Assembly: GCF_001194135.2 (NCBI RefSeq)
Contig: NC_068983.1
Coordinates: 76,111,339-76,175,338 of the forward strand
Length of the DNA: 64,000 nucleotides
DNA from: Octopus bimaculoides
Lineage: Eukaryota
Direction: 5' to 3'
The number at the start of each line of letters is the position of its first letter. The stretch's first letter is position 1. The notes beneath the pieces are model-generated. The model ran no database searches. It was not told the DNA's origin and was given only the letters and a program-made list of their open reading frames with translations. Positions 37,839 through 51,742 of the stretch are shown here, piece by piece. A program made the position numbers and the translations under genes.

Positions 37839-38484
37839 GGAGGCGCAATGGCCCAGTGGTTAGGGCAGCGGACTCGCGGTCACAGGATCACGGTTTCGAT
37901 TCTCAGACCGGGCGTTGTGGGTGTCTATTGAGTGAAAACACCTAAAGCTCTACGAGGCTCCAGCAGGGGATGATGGCGAACCCTGCTGTACTCTATCACC
38001 ACAAATTTCTCTCACTCTTTCTTCCTGTTTCTGTTGTACCTGTATTTCAAAGGGCCAGCCTTGTCACACTGTGTCACGTTGAATATCCCCGAGAACTACG
38101 TTAGGGGTACATGTGTCTGTGGAGTGCTCAACCACTTGCACGTTAATTTCACGAGCAGGGCGTTCCGTTGATTGGATCAACTGGAACCCTCGACGTCGTA
38201 AGCGACNNNNNNNNNNAGGCTCCAGCAGGGGATGATGGCGAACCCTGCTGTACTCTATCACCACAAATTTCTCTCACTCTTTCTTCCTGTTTCTGTTGTA
38301 CCTGTATTTCAAAGGGCCAGCCTTGTCACACTGTGTCACGTTGAATATCCCCGAGAACTACGTTAGGGGTACATGTGTCTGTGGAGTGCTCAACCACTTG
38401 CACGTTAATTTCACGAGCAGGGCGTTCCGTTGATTGGATCAACTGGAACCCTCGACGTCGTAAGCGACGGAGTGCCAACAACAA
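37839..38484 (+). mobile_element. Full-length tRNA-derived SINE (probably tRNA-Arg-like head) with an artefactual 252-bp internal duplication
   Basis: GGCGCAATGGCCCAGTGGTTAGGGC (A box / D arm) ... GGTTTCGATTCTCAGACC (B box); ends GGAGTGCCAACAACAA. 37955-38206 is repeated at 38217-38468 across a 10-N gap. Confidence 0.88.
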
Positions 38485-38516
38485 TGAGTGCATATATATA
38501 CACATGAACACATGCA

Positions 38517-38548
<32 letters not shown>

Positions 38549-38611
38549 CACGCGCGCGCGCACACCTATTATAAAAGTAATTTTATCATGTTAAACCGTT
38601 AATCCGGACAC

Positions 38612-38771
38612 ATGTTTTCCTCTCTCCACTTTGTTTCCTCTCATCCCGTTCTGTCGAAGAGCGTAGGCACGAAATGTCAAAGACATTCTTCCATTCTTTC
38701 CGACCGTCAAACGAATACAACCGCTTGTTGTTCCCTCACCCGTCTTTGTCTTCAGTTTTCTATACATTTGC
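38612..38771 (+). mobile_element. Short interspersed repeat, copy 3 of the 3354/13633 family
   Basis: CTGTCGAAGAGCGTAGGCACGAAATGTCAAAGAC block and CACCCGTCTTTGTCTTC block; followed by TATATATAT. Confidence 0.55.
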
Positions 38772-39255
38772 ACTATATATATTTATACGTATACTTACAT
38801 GCACACGACATATGTACATATGGCATATGTACATAGGTATGTATGTTATACTCAGACACGGATCATTCCATATATGCTTACACACACACACTCACTCACA
38901 CACATATACCCACACATTTTAATAGATCTTTCTACTTGCTTCAATCTTCGCATTAGTAGAAGTGCCACCTAGTGAGACTGAACCGGAAACCGCATAGTTG
39001 CAAAGCGATATCAGCCATATCTGAAGTTTCAATGAAACCGTCTCTTATTGATGGAAATCAGTCTATAATTAAGGAACATCTCATAAAATTATAATGTACT
39101 GTTTAATTATCATTACAATCGCAACCATTACTAGAATCAAGACAAGCATCAAAATCACGGAAAGCATCACCTTGATTACCATCATCAAGTGAACGTGATC
39201 ACGACGCCATTACTTAACGACTAGAATAACAACATAACGACTAGAATAACGCCTT

Positions 39256-39309
<54 letters not shown>

Positions 39310-39311
39310 AT

Positions 39312-39440
39312 TTTTCCTTCTTTTTGAAGTCATGCCCGGAACAATGCAACTCTTCCACATCAGATCTGATCTTCAATACAGTTCTCATATCCTCAACCTG
39401 ATATCAAGGATCTTCCACAAGTTGATCAACATATGCTCTG
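39312..39440 (-). mobile_element. Possible 3' tip of an RTE-clade LINE with a (TAG)n tail (39258-39309)
   Basis: Minus strand reads RAYVDQLVEDP*YQVEDMRTVLKIR, resembling the RTE C-terminal TY.DQL..D....E.L...M.DR pattern, then (TAG)n. Short and decayed. Confidence 0.4.
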
Positions 39441-39590
39441 TTGCTGCTACTGCTATCGTTGTTGTTGCTGCCGCTGCTACTACTACTACTACTACTATTA
39501 CCACCACTACCACCACTACCAGCACCACCACTACCACCAGCACCAGCACCAGCAGCAGCACCAGCACCAGCACCACCACCACCACCACCA
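39441..39590. repeat. Compound trinucleotide microsatellite (GCT/GTT/ACT/ACC/AGC units)
   Basis: Seen directly; it generates homopolymer ORFs in several frames. Confidence 0.9.
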
Positions 39591-40165
39591 GGGCACCCAC
39601 TTTGCTCCTCAACGGCCAGGTTCAGTTGCTTCGAGTTTTTATATTAAACTAAAACGATACGAAACATTCTGTGCCTTAGCAACAAGCGATTAAATAATGT
39701 ATCACACCATACTATATCTATGAATAGAAATATTTCGTTTTGGAAACATCAAATGAAGAAGAAAAATATCAGTAGTAAACATACAGCAGAGCAAGTCTCC
39801 GGAAAGACCAGAATGTTCCGGAATATGGTGGAACACAGTCTCCTATAATCACATGACATTTTTTGGGATTAATCCAACTTCTAGATTCCTGTTTCTTTCA
39901 GGTTTATTTGATATTTGCTAAATTTATTATTCTTGGCTTGTCAGGACTCTAATCCTCGCAGATGATATGGTCTTGTCCAACGTTCAAAATATTGTTGACG
40001 CCACTGTATACCATCAGCAACGTTATTATCGTCTCTTTGCCTCAACATTCTTTTTATTTTCCAATTCTTCCAACATTTGTTCTTGTAATTTCGTTTACAG
40101 TACAAATACTTGCATATACATACAAACACAAGCACGTATACACGCACTCACACACACACCCACAC

Positions 40166-40208
<43 letters not shown>

Positions 40209-40499
40209 TAAATACATACATACATACTTACATAAATATACGTATACACATTCATGTATGTATATATTTGTGCACATGTCTACATACATTGATAGAGATA
40301 AATAGATTATGTATGGTTTTATGTATTCACCTGTGTGCTTAATTGCTTTACTAAAATATGTTCAAGAAATGGCCTGTCGTTTCTTTGGAGATGGCAAATA
40401 CACACACATACACAGACACCAATAGACATACACACACGCCCACGAATTTCATCCGTTTACTGTGTTGTAGTCGAATAGATATTTTTTACTTGCAATAAT

Positions 40500-40620
40500 C
40501 ATTGGACTGTGGCCATGCTGGGACACGACTCTTGAAGGGTTTTAGCCGAACAACTTGACCCAGTACTTATGTTGTTATTTTTATTTACTTGGTACTTATT
40601 CTATCAGTCTCTTTTACTTT
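40500..40620 (-). mobile_element. SINE 3' tail fragment
   Basis: GACTGTGGCCATGCTGGG...GGTACTTATTCTATCAGTCTCTTTT; same family as 4010-4133 and 8180-8416. Confidence 0.7.
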
Positions 40621-41754
40621 CACCGTTATATAGTAGAGAGTATGATTCCACTGTTTTGTATTTTGGCCAAGTGTTTTCTACCATTCATTTGAGTAAGCCC
40701 AAATTTCCTAGCTTATTCAGTGAAACTGGGTGTAAAGAAATTGTGTGTAAGCTCGTTGAATGCATTGCATCTGAAATTCAGAATAACCATCTAAGTTAAA
40801 TCCCGTGAAACACTGATTTTGAGGTGTGTTACATTAAGTTCTAAGTGTAAACTAGATATACTTAGTCATCTAATCTGAAAGACGTGGGTTGTTTAGTTAA
40901 TGGAACAGTTGGTATATTTATAGTTGATGTAGATATATATATGCGTATCTANNNNNNNNNNNNNNNNNNNNNNNNNNNNNNNNNNNNNNNNNNNNNNNNN
41001 NNNNNNNNNNNNNNNNNNNNNNNNNNNNNNNNNNNNNNNNNNNNNNNNNNNTATATGTATGTATGTTACTATTGTATGTTGTATCTATGTATGTATAAAT
41101 TAATCGGGCACGACCTACTGTAAAGTCTAAGATATTCATGTTTGAATGTTTCTGTGTATTTAATCACTATTTTGGAATAAAATATCTGACTCTTGATAAT
41201 CAGATATATCTAGAAATAGGAGAAGAAGTATTTATGGAGAAGAAGCTTCTAGTGACCATTATTTTCACATTAGGGAAATGCATAAATAACATGATGCCAG
41301 ACTGGAAATTAAGTTCTCCATCAGTTTATGGTGGCTTGATGATATAAATGATATAACATAACTGGTACTTAGATACACATATAATCGATTAATTCATGCA
41401 GATTATATTATTTAAAACAAATACTAACTTTACTTATTGCTTTATCTATTCCATGTAGTTAATAATTATAATTGTTTATAGATATTGACTGTTGTTTCAC
41501 ATTTATTTGACTCTACTGGTTCTTCAAATTTATGTCTCACTTCTAGAGGCAGACTTCATAGTAATGTCTAGATATAGACTTTATTGCATACAATAAATTT
41601 TGCAGCTATCAATGAAAGAATATGACAATGAAAGAATCTGGTAAGGCAACGTGAACAAATTCGTACATCCGGGAATCAACCATATAGGTCACTATTTAAA
41701 TTAAAATGTCTTATTTTTTCTTGTCAATATTTCCCCAGTTTCCTAGGAGACAGT

Positions 41755-41850
41755 AAATTGGCAGGTCGTCTGAACATTGCATACACTATCACGCAGTATT
41801 TCTCGTCGAGGCCAACATTGTCTCTCATCTTTTCGGGATCGATAAAAATA
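41755..41850 (+). mobile_element. Decayed SINE fragment (12320 family core)
   Basis: GAGGCCAACATTGTCTCTCATCTTTTCGGGATCGATAAAAAT resembles the core GAGGTCGACTTTGCCTTTCATCCTTTCGGGGTCGATAAAAT. Confidence 0.55.
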
Positions 41851-44743
41851 TTCTCAATCCAGGCAGCTGTGGATTGATGAGACTCGTAGAGGATTGCACA
41901 AGATGCAGCATTTGACTCGGCTATTGGGTTCTGATGATGACGCCTCAGAAAACACTGGTGCCAAGATGTATTGGTTGGAATCTTGGACGTTCGGAAAACG
42001 TTTTGCCCAGGATTGTACGTACAAGTGTTAATGGAGGTTTAACCTTGATCAAGGGATGCCCTATACGTATTTTCCTAGTTTTAATTTCATTTCGTGACTT
42101 TCAAGCAAATAAGAAATTGAAACTATTTTGAAAAGTAGACTTTGATTTGAAACAAAGATAATTTTAAAACAGAATTTGATAGTTAGCAGCCATACAAAAA
42201 TTGTGAGAAACGTTTGCAAAGTAGAGTCGTGGAAGATATTGGAAACCTGCGATGTCGGTAAATATTACCGAAATACGCAATTTAGATATTAAGTGGATAC
42301 AAGCTATGGAAACAGATTATATGTACATAGTTATTATTTGAGACAGCATACGTTCTTTAGTATCTTCGAAACATAGACTTTAACATTTAGACTATATATA
42401 ATCATATAATATACATTTTTAAATTTACAAACTAAAGAGATTTTAGCGTGTAGAATATCTGTGTAAACTATATACGCATATTCTTGTCTCTACATGCTGA
42501 ATTCAGTGTGTAGTTGCATATACAGATTCTAAAAGATTCATCTCAAAATGAAGAGATAATTTTAGTTCATAAAATGTAAAAAAAGAAGAAGACAAACTAT
42601 AATCAAAAGATATTTTACACAGATATAGTCTATAGATGAATTCAGATATCCTTAAGTCATTGCTAACATATTTATTACAGTGAGGAATAGATTTTTAATT
42701 AATCACAACACTCCGTGCAGTGTAAGGAAGACATTAGCTCAAAGCTTATGTTTGATCAAAGGAAGTAGAAACGATATTGCCAAATCTGAATAATTTAAAT
42801 TAGAATTACGCATACGGGGCGAGGAGTATTAAGCGCTGTACATTTTTACGAGGGCTAATATCAATTAAATCTTGAAAAGCACGTGACAAACTTTGCCATG
42901 TTTCAGTCTTACTAGATCACCTCTGATAACCATATTTCGGTGCACATAAGAATAGTATTAAGAAAAATAACTAAATAGCTGTACGATAACGCATTCATTT
43001 TAACAACAATTTACTTATTGTTTTTTACATCCACACACACATACACACTTAGGTACCTATGCCTACATACAAACACACACACACACATATGAACACACAC
43101 ACATAGACACCCATATACGCAATATATTCGTACAAATATATATATAATGCGCTCACACATAACCATAGAAAAATCATATATGCTGTGGCAGGTGACTTAA
43201 AGATAGAATCTATGAAAGCTAATTTTGCATTGTTCTGTATTAAAACATTGACACTAGATTTTTTTTCTTCTTTTGCTTTCCCGTAAGACGAGGATTTAAA
43301 CTCAGAGCACAGATGAATCAGATACCTCATCACCAATCCGTGCAAATCGAGATAATCAGGCTAAAACTATTCACGTCAACTCATCTGTAACACTCAATAA
43401 ATATAAGGAAGACAGGTTCTAAAAGATCAGGCTGTTATCTTCAAGTTTAGATTCATTCAACTATCATTTACTAGACAATTCATTTTGCCGTTTCTTCTTA
43501 GTTGTTGCAGTTGCTCTTTAGCGCTATGTCAGCTCAGGTGAGCAGCTTTATGATCAAAACCAGTTTGGCCATCTTAATCTCCACCTTAACGCAGCCATAA
43601 CGTCTTCAAGAATACACTTACCATTATGTCCTTCCCATTTTTAGAGTCATTAATGAACTATTTGACAATTACTTCTATCAGACTGAATGACTACGAGGAG
43701 GTTTCTTTTGGTGCTTGCGAAGTTCTTTCTCTGTCTCAGTTTGTCACAGATAAAACCCAGAAGGCTGCATATTAATTCTTATCATAATCCATTTAGCATG
43801 GTGTTATTCCCCGTCTATATCATATTGAAATCTCTGCGGACGTTGAACTTAACATGTCAATCACACCAAGTGTAAGTGAAAAATTATTTGCATGTGCAAA
43901 TAATTGTATTCTGAAATATGAAACAATCTTCGAGCGTATGAATAATCTCCCGTTACTTCAACCAATGTAATTGTATTTTAATTTGTATTCTATGTAACAT
44001 TTAAATACCACGAACATTTAAAAGTGCAATAAATATATATTAAGAATAATTGTTCGCAATTTCTTATATATGAAGTAAGAATTCAAACTAATTTGCATAT
44101 GTCAGCAACTAAATGAAATCTCAAATATAAATTTAGTTGAAATATTAAAAATGGAGCATTGATTGAAACGTCCATATATTAAATAGAAGAATAGAAATTA
44201 AAGCTTGCATGCATTAGATAAAAGAAGAGATCTTTAAATGTAGATGAGATACAAGAATAGATATTAAAAACTGAGAAGAATAATTAAACTTATATGTATA
44301 AATGATGTAGATATAACATAAGCTATACAGATTAATAAACAAGATTGAAACAGAATATTATTTATGAATTATATAAGCGCTCAGAGCAGAATTAAATGCG
44401 AAGGAAGAAACAATAACTGTTGTTATTCATACATCGGTTACATCAAAAATAAGCTAAAGTTTTAATATAATCAATCGCAAGGGAGGTAATATGAGAAGGC
44501 TCGAGGGAAAAGCAAGCAAAACAATTACATCATTTAGAATTCATTATCTAAATTGCACTCAAAGGCATACACACACGCACGTCTCTACACATTAACACAT
44601 TCACAAATGCGTATACATTTTCTGTCTCTATAAAAATACTTACACACATATGAATTTAGACTCGCGTAAACGTACATATTCATTTAATAACGTAATGCTG
44701 TTATTCTACTGTGCTTAAATTGCTTAATTATATAAAAGAAAAA

Positions 44744-44744
<1 letters not shown>

Positions 44745-44813
<69 letters not shown>
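44745..44813. repeat. (ATCT)n microsatellite
   Basis: Seen directly. Confidence 0.95.
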
Positions 44814-44814
<1 letters not shown>

Positions 44815-45109
44815 GTAGCTGTCTGTCTGCCGGTCTGTCTGTCTACACACATATATGCATATGCATCTCTCTTCCTCCCATCCCCTTCTCTCTCTATATA
44901 TGTATATGTATGTATATTACGCGTGTGTGTGCATATACATGGAGGTTGTTTATACTTCTATAACGAATATGTATTTCTATATATATATATGCGTATATAT
45001 TTACACATACATATATACACATATACAATAAATTCCTTTATAAAATGTTATGTATATACACATACGCATGTATAAATACATAAGAATAATATTATGTGTA
45101 TATGTATGT

Positions 45110-45168
<59 letters not shown>

Positions 45169-46189
45169 CATATATGTATATATCTGTATGTAAATGGAAA
45201 TATATACCTGATATCCTTTGGAGAAATGGGGGAAGAAGGCGTTGTCTGAGTAAACAAAGTACTAATCGAATGCAGATAAGCTTTTTCACACGCATCAACA
45301 GAAGCAAACATAGAAGAACACACGAACTGACACCAATATTATTAAACGCAGTGGTATATGTGTGCATATGGTCCATATGTGTATGTATTTGGCCGTCTCG
45401 AAATAGAGAATAATAATAAGAAAAAATGGAGAACAACAGAACCAATACAGACCTTGTCCGAATAACAAGTATATTTAATTTTGTAAACGATCCATTTACC
45501 CAACTATCCGTTCATGCCTCCATCTGTCTATCCCTATTTTCTATCTATGCAGATCTGTTGTTTAAATATACTTGTATGTGCACAGATACACACATACATA
45601 CGCACATATACATGCACACACACATGCAGTTATACTTACCGTTAATTTTCTTCTAACAACATGACCAGATGTCATGACTCTCGTCTTCTCAAAGACGACT
45701 TGTAAAAGTGTTCATTGTTGATCTCTATGCACAGTAAAAACAGAGGAGCGAAGTTGGGGAGGGCATGAAGTATGAAAGTAGTGAGAATGTTTGTTAAGAT
45801 ATAGATGTTAATCTTGCTAATAAGAATATAAAACAAAGGAACATTGTGTACCGTTAATCTTCCCACATTTTCTCTACTACCACCACTAAATATCTCAAAA
45901 GTTTTATTGTCATTTCATATATCATAACATTGTAATGGACTTATTCTTTTTACCTAACTTCCTCTCAGTTATGTTAATTTTTTATGTATTATACTTTGAT
46001 TAATGTGAATCTTCACTGGAACACTCGCACAATGATCCGAGTGGTGGAATAAGACGGAGAACCACGTATCTGCAAAGCAAATTTCTTAAGCACTGGCGTG
46101 TGGAAAATATAAGGTAAACATGAGTAACAACAGTTACAGCTGCAGCATTAGTACCAGTATATTCACAACAACAGTAATCTTTATTACTA

Positions 46190-46371
46190 TGGGCACAAGA
46201 CGTTAAATTATGATGGGGTTGGTGCTAGCTGCATTTCAACAATCCCAGTGCTCAACTGTAACTTATTTCATCGTTACCAAAAGGATGAAACGCAAAGTCA
46301 ACTTTAAACTCAGAACGCAAAGACGGACAAAATATCATTAATCGGTGAGCTGGTAGGATCGTTAGCACACC
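46190..46371. mobile_element. Two SINE pieces head-to-head: minus-strand body (46190-46330) and a plus-strand 5' head (46341-46371)
   Basis: CCCAGTGCTCAACTG..ACTTATTTCATCG...AAGGATGAAA.GCAAAGTCAAC (minus orientation), then CGGTGAGCTGGTAGGATCGTTAGCACACCG (plus head). Confidence 0.7.
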
Positions 46372-47645
46372 GCTGGCGGTACCAGTCGTCGAGTATATTC
46401 TTAATGTCATCAATTGGAATTTGAATGATCTTCAGCGTATGGACATAAAGACCAGGAAACTGCTGACACTAAACAGGATGCACCATCCAGAATCAGATAT
46501 CCACACACCTTCTATCTCCCACGAAAGAAAAGCGGCAGAGGCTTAATCCAGATTGAAACAACCTATAGGACTTCAAGTGCACATCCAGAGTAACACCGAC
46601 TGGCTGATACAGCTGGTAAGGCAACATGAACAGATTACGAAATTACACTCACTCTCAAGGGAGGCATATAAACACAGATGAGAACTTAACATGCCTGTTT
46701 ATGATGATGATAAGGATGACACATCACCGACTAAGGCAGCAAAAAAAGTGTAAAACAAAAACCAAACAGGAAAACTTGAAGGAAATATCAAGACCGTGGA
46801 AGAAAAAAAAACATTGCATAGGCAATACCCCAAGCGAGCTGGGGAAGCTGATGTAGATATAAGAAGAACCCATCAGTGGCTGCAAGTGTTGGTTTGAAAG
46901 CCGAAACAGAAAGATTCATCCTAGCAGCAGAAGATCAAAGATTTCTCACCCGGGACTATCAAGCTAATGTCACCCGCAATGTCACACACAATGAGGTAAT
47001 GTCACACACAATGCAATGATAAACTTGAGAGAATTTACCGCATTGTTTCTGGTTGCTCAGTCCTTGTCTCAACAGAATATAAAATCGGGCGTGATCGAGT
47101 TGACCATTACTCGCATTGGAGCCTATGCGTCACTATGGTATTCCGCCCTCTAAGAACTGGTACACACACCATCCAGATTCAGTCACTGAGGTTGAGAATG
47201 AACCTTCATATGAGATTATGGAATACATACAGACAGGAAAATAAATGTTAACAGATCAGATATCGTCATTAAATACCTATAACAGAAAACATACCTGTTA
47301 ATTGACATGACAGTACCTGCTGATAGAAACATGTCAGCAAAAGAATTTGAAAAACTATCGAAATATAAGGACCTTGAGATTGAGATATCTAGAATTTGGC
47401 AATTAAAAACCAAAACTCTTCCTGTTGTTGTAAGTGCACTGGGAATGATCATGAAAGGTACTGACAAAATTTTCGACCTGATGCCTGGGAAACCAACAAT
47501 CTATGAAACTCGAAAAAATGTGTTGACATCAACCGCTCACATTCTCAGGACGTTTCTCTCCCTTTAATATATATGTGCCTTAGGTCTCTGGTTGAGACCC
47601 GGTGAGAAGATGAAATAGAATGCAATTCAATCGGAAAATGATGAT
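46371..47645 (+). mobile_element. R4/Dong-clade LINE, 5'-truncated (end of RT, CCHC region, RLE, 3' UTR), inactivated
   Basis: LAVPVVEYILNVINWNLNDLQRMDIKTRKLLTLNRMHHPESD...YLPRKKSGRGLIQIE; GLKAETERFILAAEDQ; TDRKINVNRSDIVIK; IDMTVPADRNMSAKEFEKLSKYKDLEIEISRIWQLKTKTLPVVVSALG...TAHILRTFLS. (TAA)n/(TGA)n tail. Confidence 0.93.
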
Positions 47646-47647
47646 AA

Positions 47648-47710
<63 letters not shown>

Positions 47711-47744
47711 GATAATAACGATAATGATGATGATGATGATGATA

Positions 47745-47806
<62 letters not shown>

Positions 47807-47863
47807 AGAAATAATACTGCTACTAATAATAATGATGATGATGATGTTAATAACAATAATAAT
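47646..47863. repeat. Compound (TAA)n-(TGA)n microsatellite (tail of one Dong, insertion site of the next)
   Basis: Seen directly. Confidence 0.95.
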
Positions 47864-48838
<975 letters not shown>

Positions 48839-50215
48839 CGGCGAGTAAGAACATTTAGTAAATAACAAGAAAAAAAAAGAAAAACAAAAACAGAAATGAG
48901 CGAATGCTTCATTGCTGGATCGGTAATCAGGTATGTAAATATAGAGGGTTGTATGTGATATGAAAACATTACAGGAATGATCAATTTAGAAAAGTTATAA
49001 CAGAGGAAGAAAAAGAAAAATTTAAATTTCTGCATCGAAATTTTCTGAAAATTATTTGTGAAAATCTAATACTACACAACAATAGAAAATGTATATTAGC
49101 AAAAAATGCATATAAAAATAAAATGAAAAACGGCATTCGAACATGCTTAACTCATTATCTTATGAAATAATTACAAAAAGAAAAACAATCTGTGTTGAAA
49201 TACTGCTAAAACTTTCTTTAGAATAATATAACCAAAGGAGTTTTAAAAACTAAAAGACATTGAAAGAGAGACGAATAGCAAATAACATCAGAGTTGAAAT
49301 TAAAAAACACTATATATGATTACACATGAAAATGAAACTTGAAAAACAAAAGTGGAACATGTGAGCAAGAATTTAAAAAAAGGAAACTAAAGAAACTGCG
49401 CAAAACAAAACATAAGCAAGCTTGCAATCAACGTCAATAATAACATTTAAGGTTAAAGAAAGCAAATGCTTGTATTTATTGCGATTGTATATCTTGTAAT
49501 CAAAGGATGTAAATAACACATAGCGCCAATAACAAAAAAGCAATTTAACGTATCATTTGGAATTTTACCACCATGAACTTGCATGTAAAGCTGCAAGAAA
49601 CAAGTATTAAGTATTGTTTGAAATAAAATTCGAAGCAAATTACAATTTTTCCTACAAGAGATTCGTTTACTCCTAAACAATTTTACACTTTCTACATGTT
49701 CTATGTGTGATCCGTTCCCGAATTGGGAAGATGTACAGACATTGTTGGCAGAGATGTGTTACAAATAAAACAAAAATGAACCTATTCAGTGACACAGCAG
49801 AAATGCCCAAACTTTATTTTAAAATCACAAACAGGTATCTGTATATATATATGTATGCAACCGAATCATACCTGTCAAAATATATAGTCTTCCATCTGGA
49901 ATTAATTTTGTTTTCGATAGACATATGAACATAAATAAGGCGTAGCTATTTTATCTTTGTTACTCTGCTGTAAAACCGAAATGTCGAGAATTTCGAATAC
50001 AGCATACTTCAGTGAAAAGTACTTACAACACATTGTAAGGTGAAAAGCACCTTACCACAAATTACTTACTCTTCCAATTTTGCATTTAACATTTGAAACA
50101 CAGAAGGGAACCAAGATAATGTCATTAACTGTTTATCAAGTACAACAAAAGTGTAGCAGAAGGGCTTCGTGAAAAGAATGAATTTCAAATTCCTCAAATC
50201 TTCAAAAGCACATTT

Positions 50216-50303
<88 letters not shown>

Positions 50304-51554
50304 TAAATAGACATAAACACACACACAAATAAATAGACATAAACACACACACAAACATATGCGTACGCGCTTATTAAATCACACATATATTAACTCTAAT
50401 CACATTAGCTGTTAGTTTTCATAGCAAGGGAAATGAATATCTTGATATGAATCAGTTTTATGTTTTCCCGTTAGTGAAATAAATGAATATAAGTCAAGTT
50501 AGTATATAAAATTATATTTCTGTATTTGGCTTGCAAGGCATTCGGTTTGAAATTGTGTTTTGAAGCAGAGGATATACATTTGGTGGGTTTTATGTCAATA
50601 ATAAACACCAGACGAACCTAGCTTCTTTATTGAATGATCAAGTGATTAATTGATTAGTTAATTGGCTAAATAGTTACGTATTTGAATAATATTAGAAAAC
50701 GTCTTTTGCGTAATGACCCTCCTAAGATACAACAAAGTATGTAGTGATTAAAAGTTTATTGAATTTAATTTTTCCTAGTTTAAAAAAAAAATTTACAATG
50801 AAGCCCTTTATATTCGAAGACAGAAGAGGCTATTTCGATTTTGTACGAATCCCTTCAGTACGAATTAATTAACAATCTATTATTTAGATTATAAAAGGCA
50901 ACCATATGGAAAAGAAAGGCGAGCACAGTTATTTAATCGAGGGAATATAAATTTCGTTTATAATTCATTAGTGGTGTAGAAAGAGAAGAAATTTAAGCAA
51001 ACGTGCATTTCCACTTCTTTTTTTACTACCGAAATGCTTACACATACATATACATATTGCTGTATCTCTATTTCAGAAGATTACCTGCTTGCTATCAAGA
51101 GGTTGTTATTGGTAAGATTCTGAGTACATGGGCAGAGATGTTTCTTACTGATCACAAGAAAATTAGTTTTGTCGAAAAGAAAATGTAATTCCGGTAGACG
51201 CTGCAGGATTTGGCAAGCCATGTTAAAATGCCCAATTTCAGCATTGCAGGCAACAACTTGCTAATTTTGAAAGTAAACAACTGAGGATCGAAACTGTAAA
51301 TATTATACAACCAGATATCTTATGTCCGAAAACATGAGACGAGATGGACATGAGTTAAAACATTTGTTGTTGGTTATTTTAATTTACAAAGAAAGATAAT
51401 ATTGTGGATATAACAAAGGTATATTAAATATCATAGAGGGAAAACTGTCGATTTATTAAAGTAATTTTCTTTTCGAGATAGAAGTAAAGAATTATAAGTA
51501 GTATTTACGATCAATTAGATATGAGAAAAGGAGAATATTTCTTTCATTGTTAGC

Positions 51555-51742
51555 ACAAGCCATGAGGGAGGAGTCTAGTCGATTACATCGACGCCAGTGC
51601 TTGACTAAGACTTATTTCATCGGCCCGGAAAGGGATGAAAGGCAAGTAGACATTGGTGCATTTATGCCCAAAATATAAAGACGAACAAAATGTCGCTAAT
51701 CATTTTGCCTGGTGTCCTAAAGATTCCACCAATTCACCACCT
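51555..51742 (-). mobile_element. Decayed SINE (12320 family)
   Basis: AGTCGATTACATCGAC.CCAGTGCTTGACT..GACTTATTTCATCGGCCC...GGATGAAAGGCAA...CCAATTCACCACC. Confidence 0.72.

Noticed and set aside
37839-37915. tRNA-like sequence
   Set aside because: The acceptor stem is incomplete and it continues into a SINE body seen elsewhere in the window, so it is a SINE head rather than a tRNA gene.
39332-39693. Poly-T/S, poly-V, poly-H/Q and poly-P/A ORFs that resemble mucins or low-complexity transcription factors
   Set aside because: A compound trinucleotide repeat is open in several frames, with no splice or domain support.
39950-40010. LILADDMVL resembling an RT catalytic (F/Y)ADD motif
   Set aside because: An isolated short match with no flanking RT motifs.
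41606-41640. 35-nt candidate exon LSMKEYDNERI that could chain in phase with the 3078, 11107 and 15450 candidates
   Set aside because: The chain relies on a weak donor (GTTAAC) and gives no recognisable protein; phase compatibility is easily obtained by chance.
41864-42031. 55-codon open frame QLWIDETRRGLHKMQHLTRLLG...
   Set aside because: The upstream acceptor region overlaps a decayed SINE core, there is no good donor and no recognisable homology.
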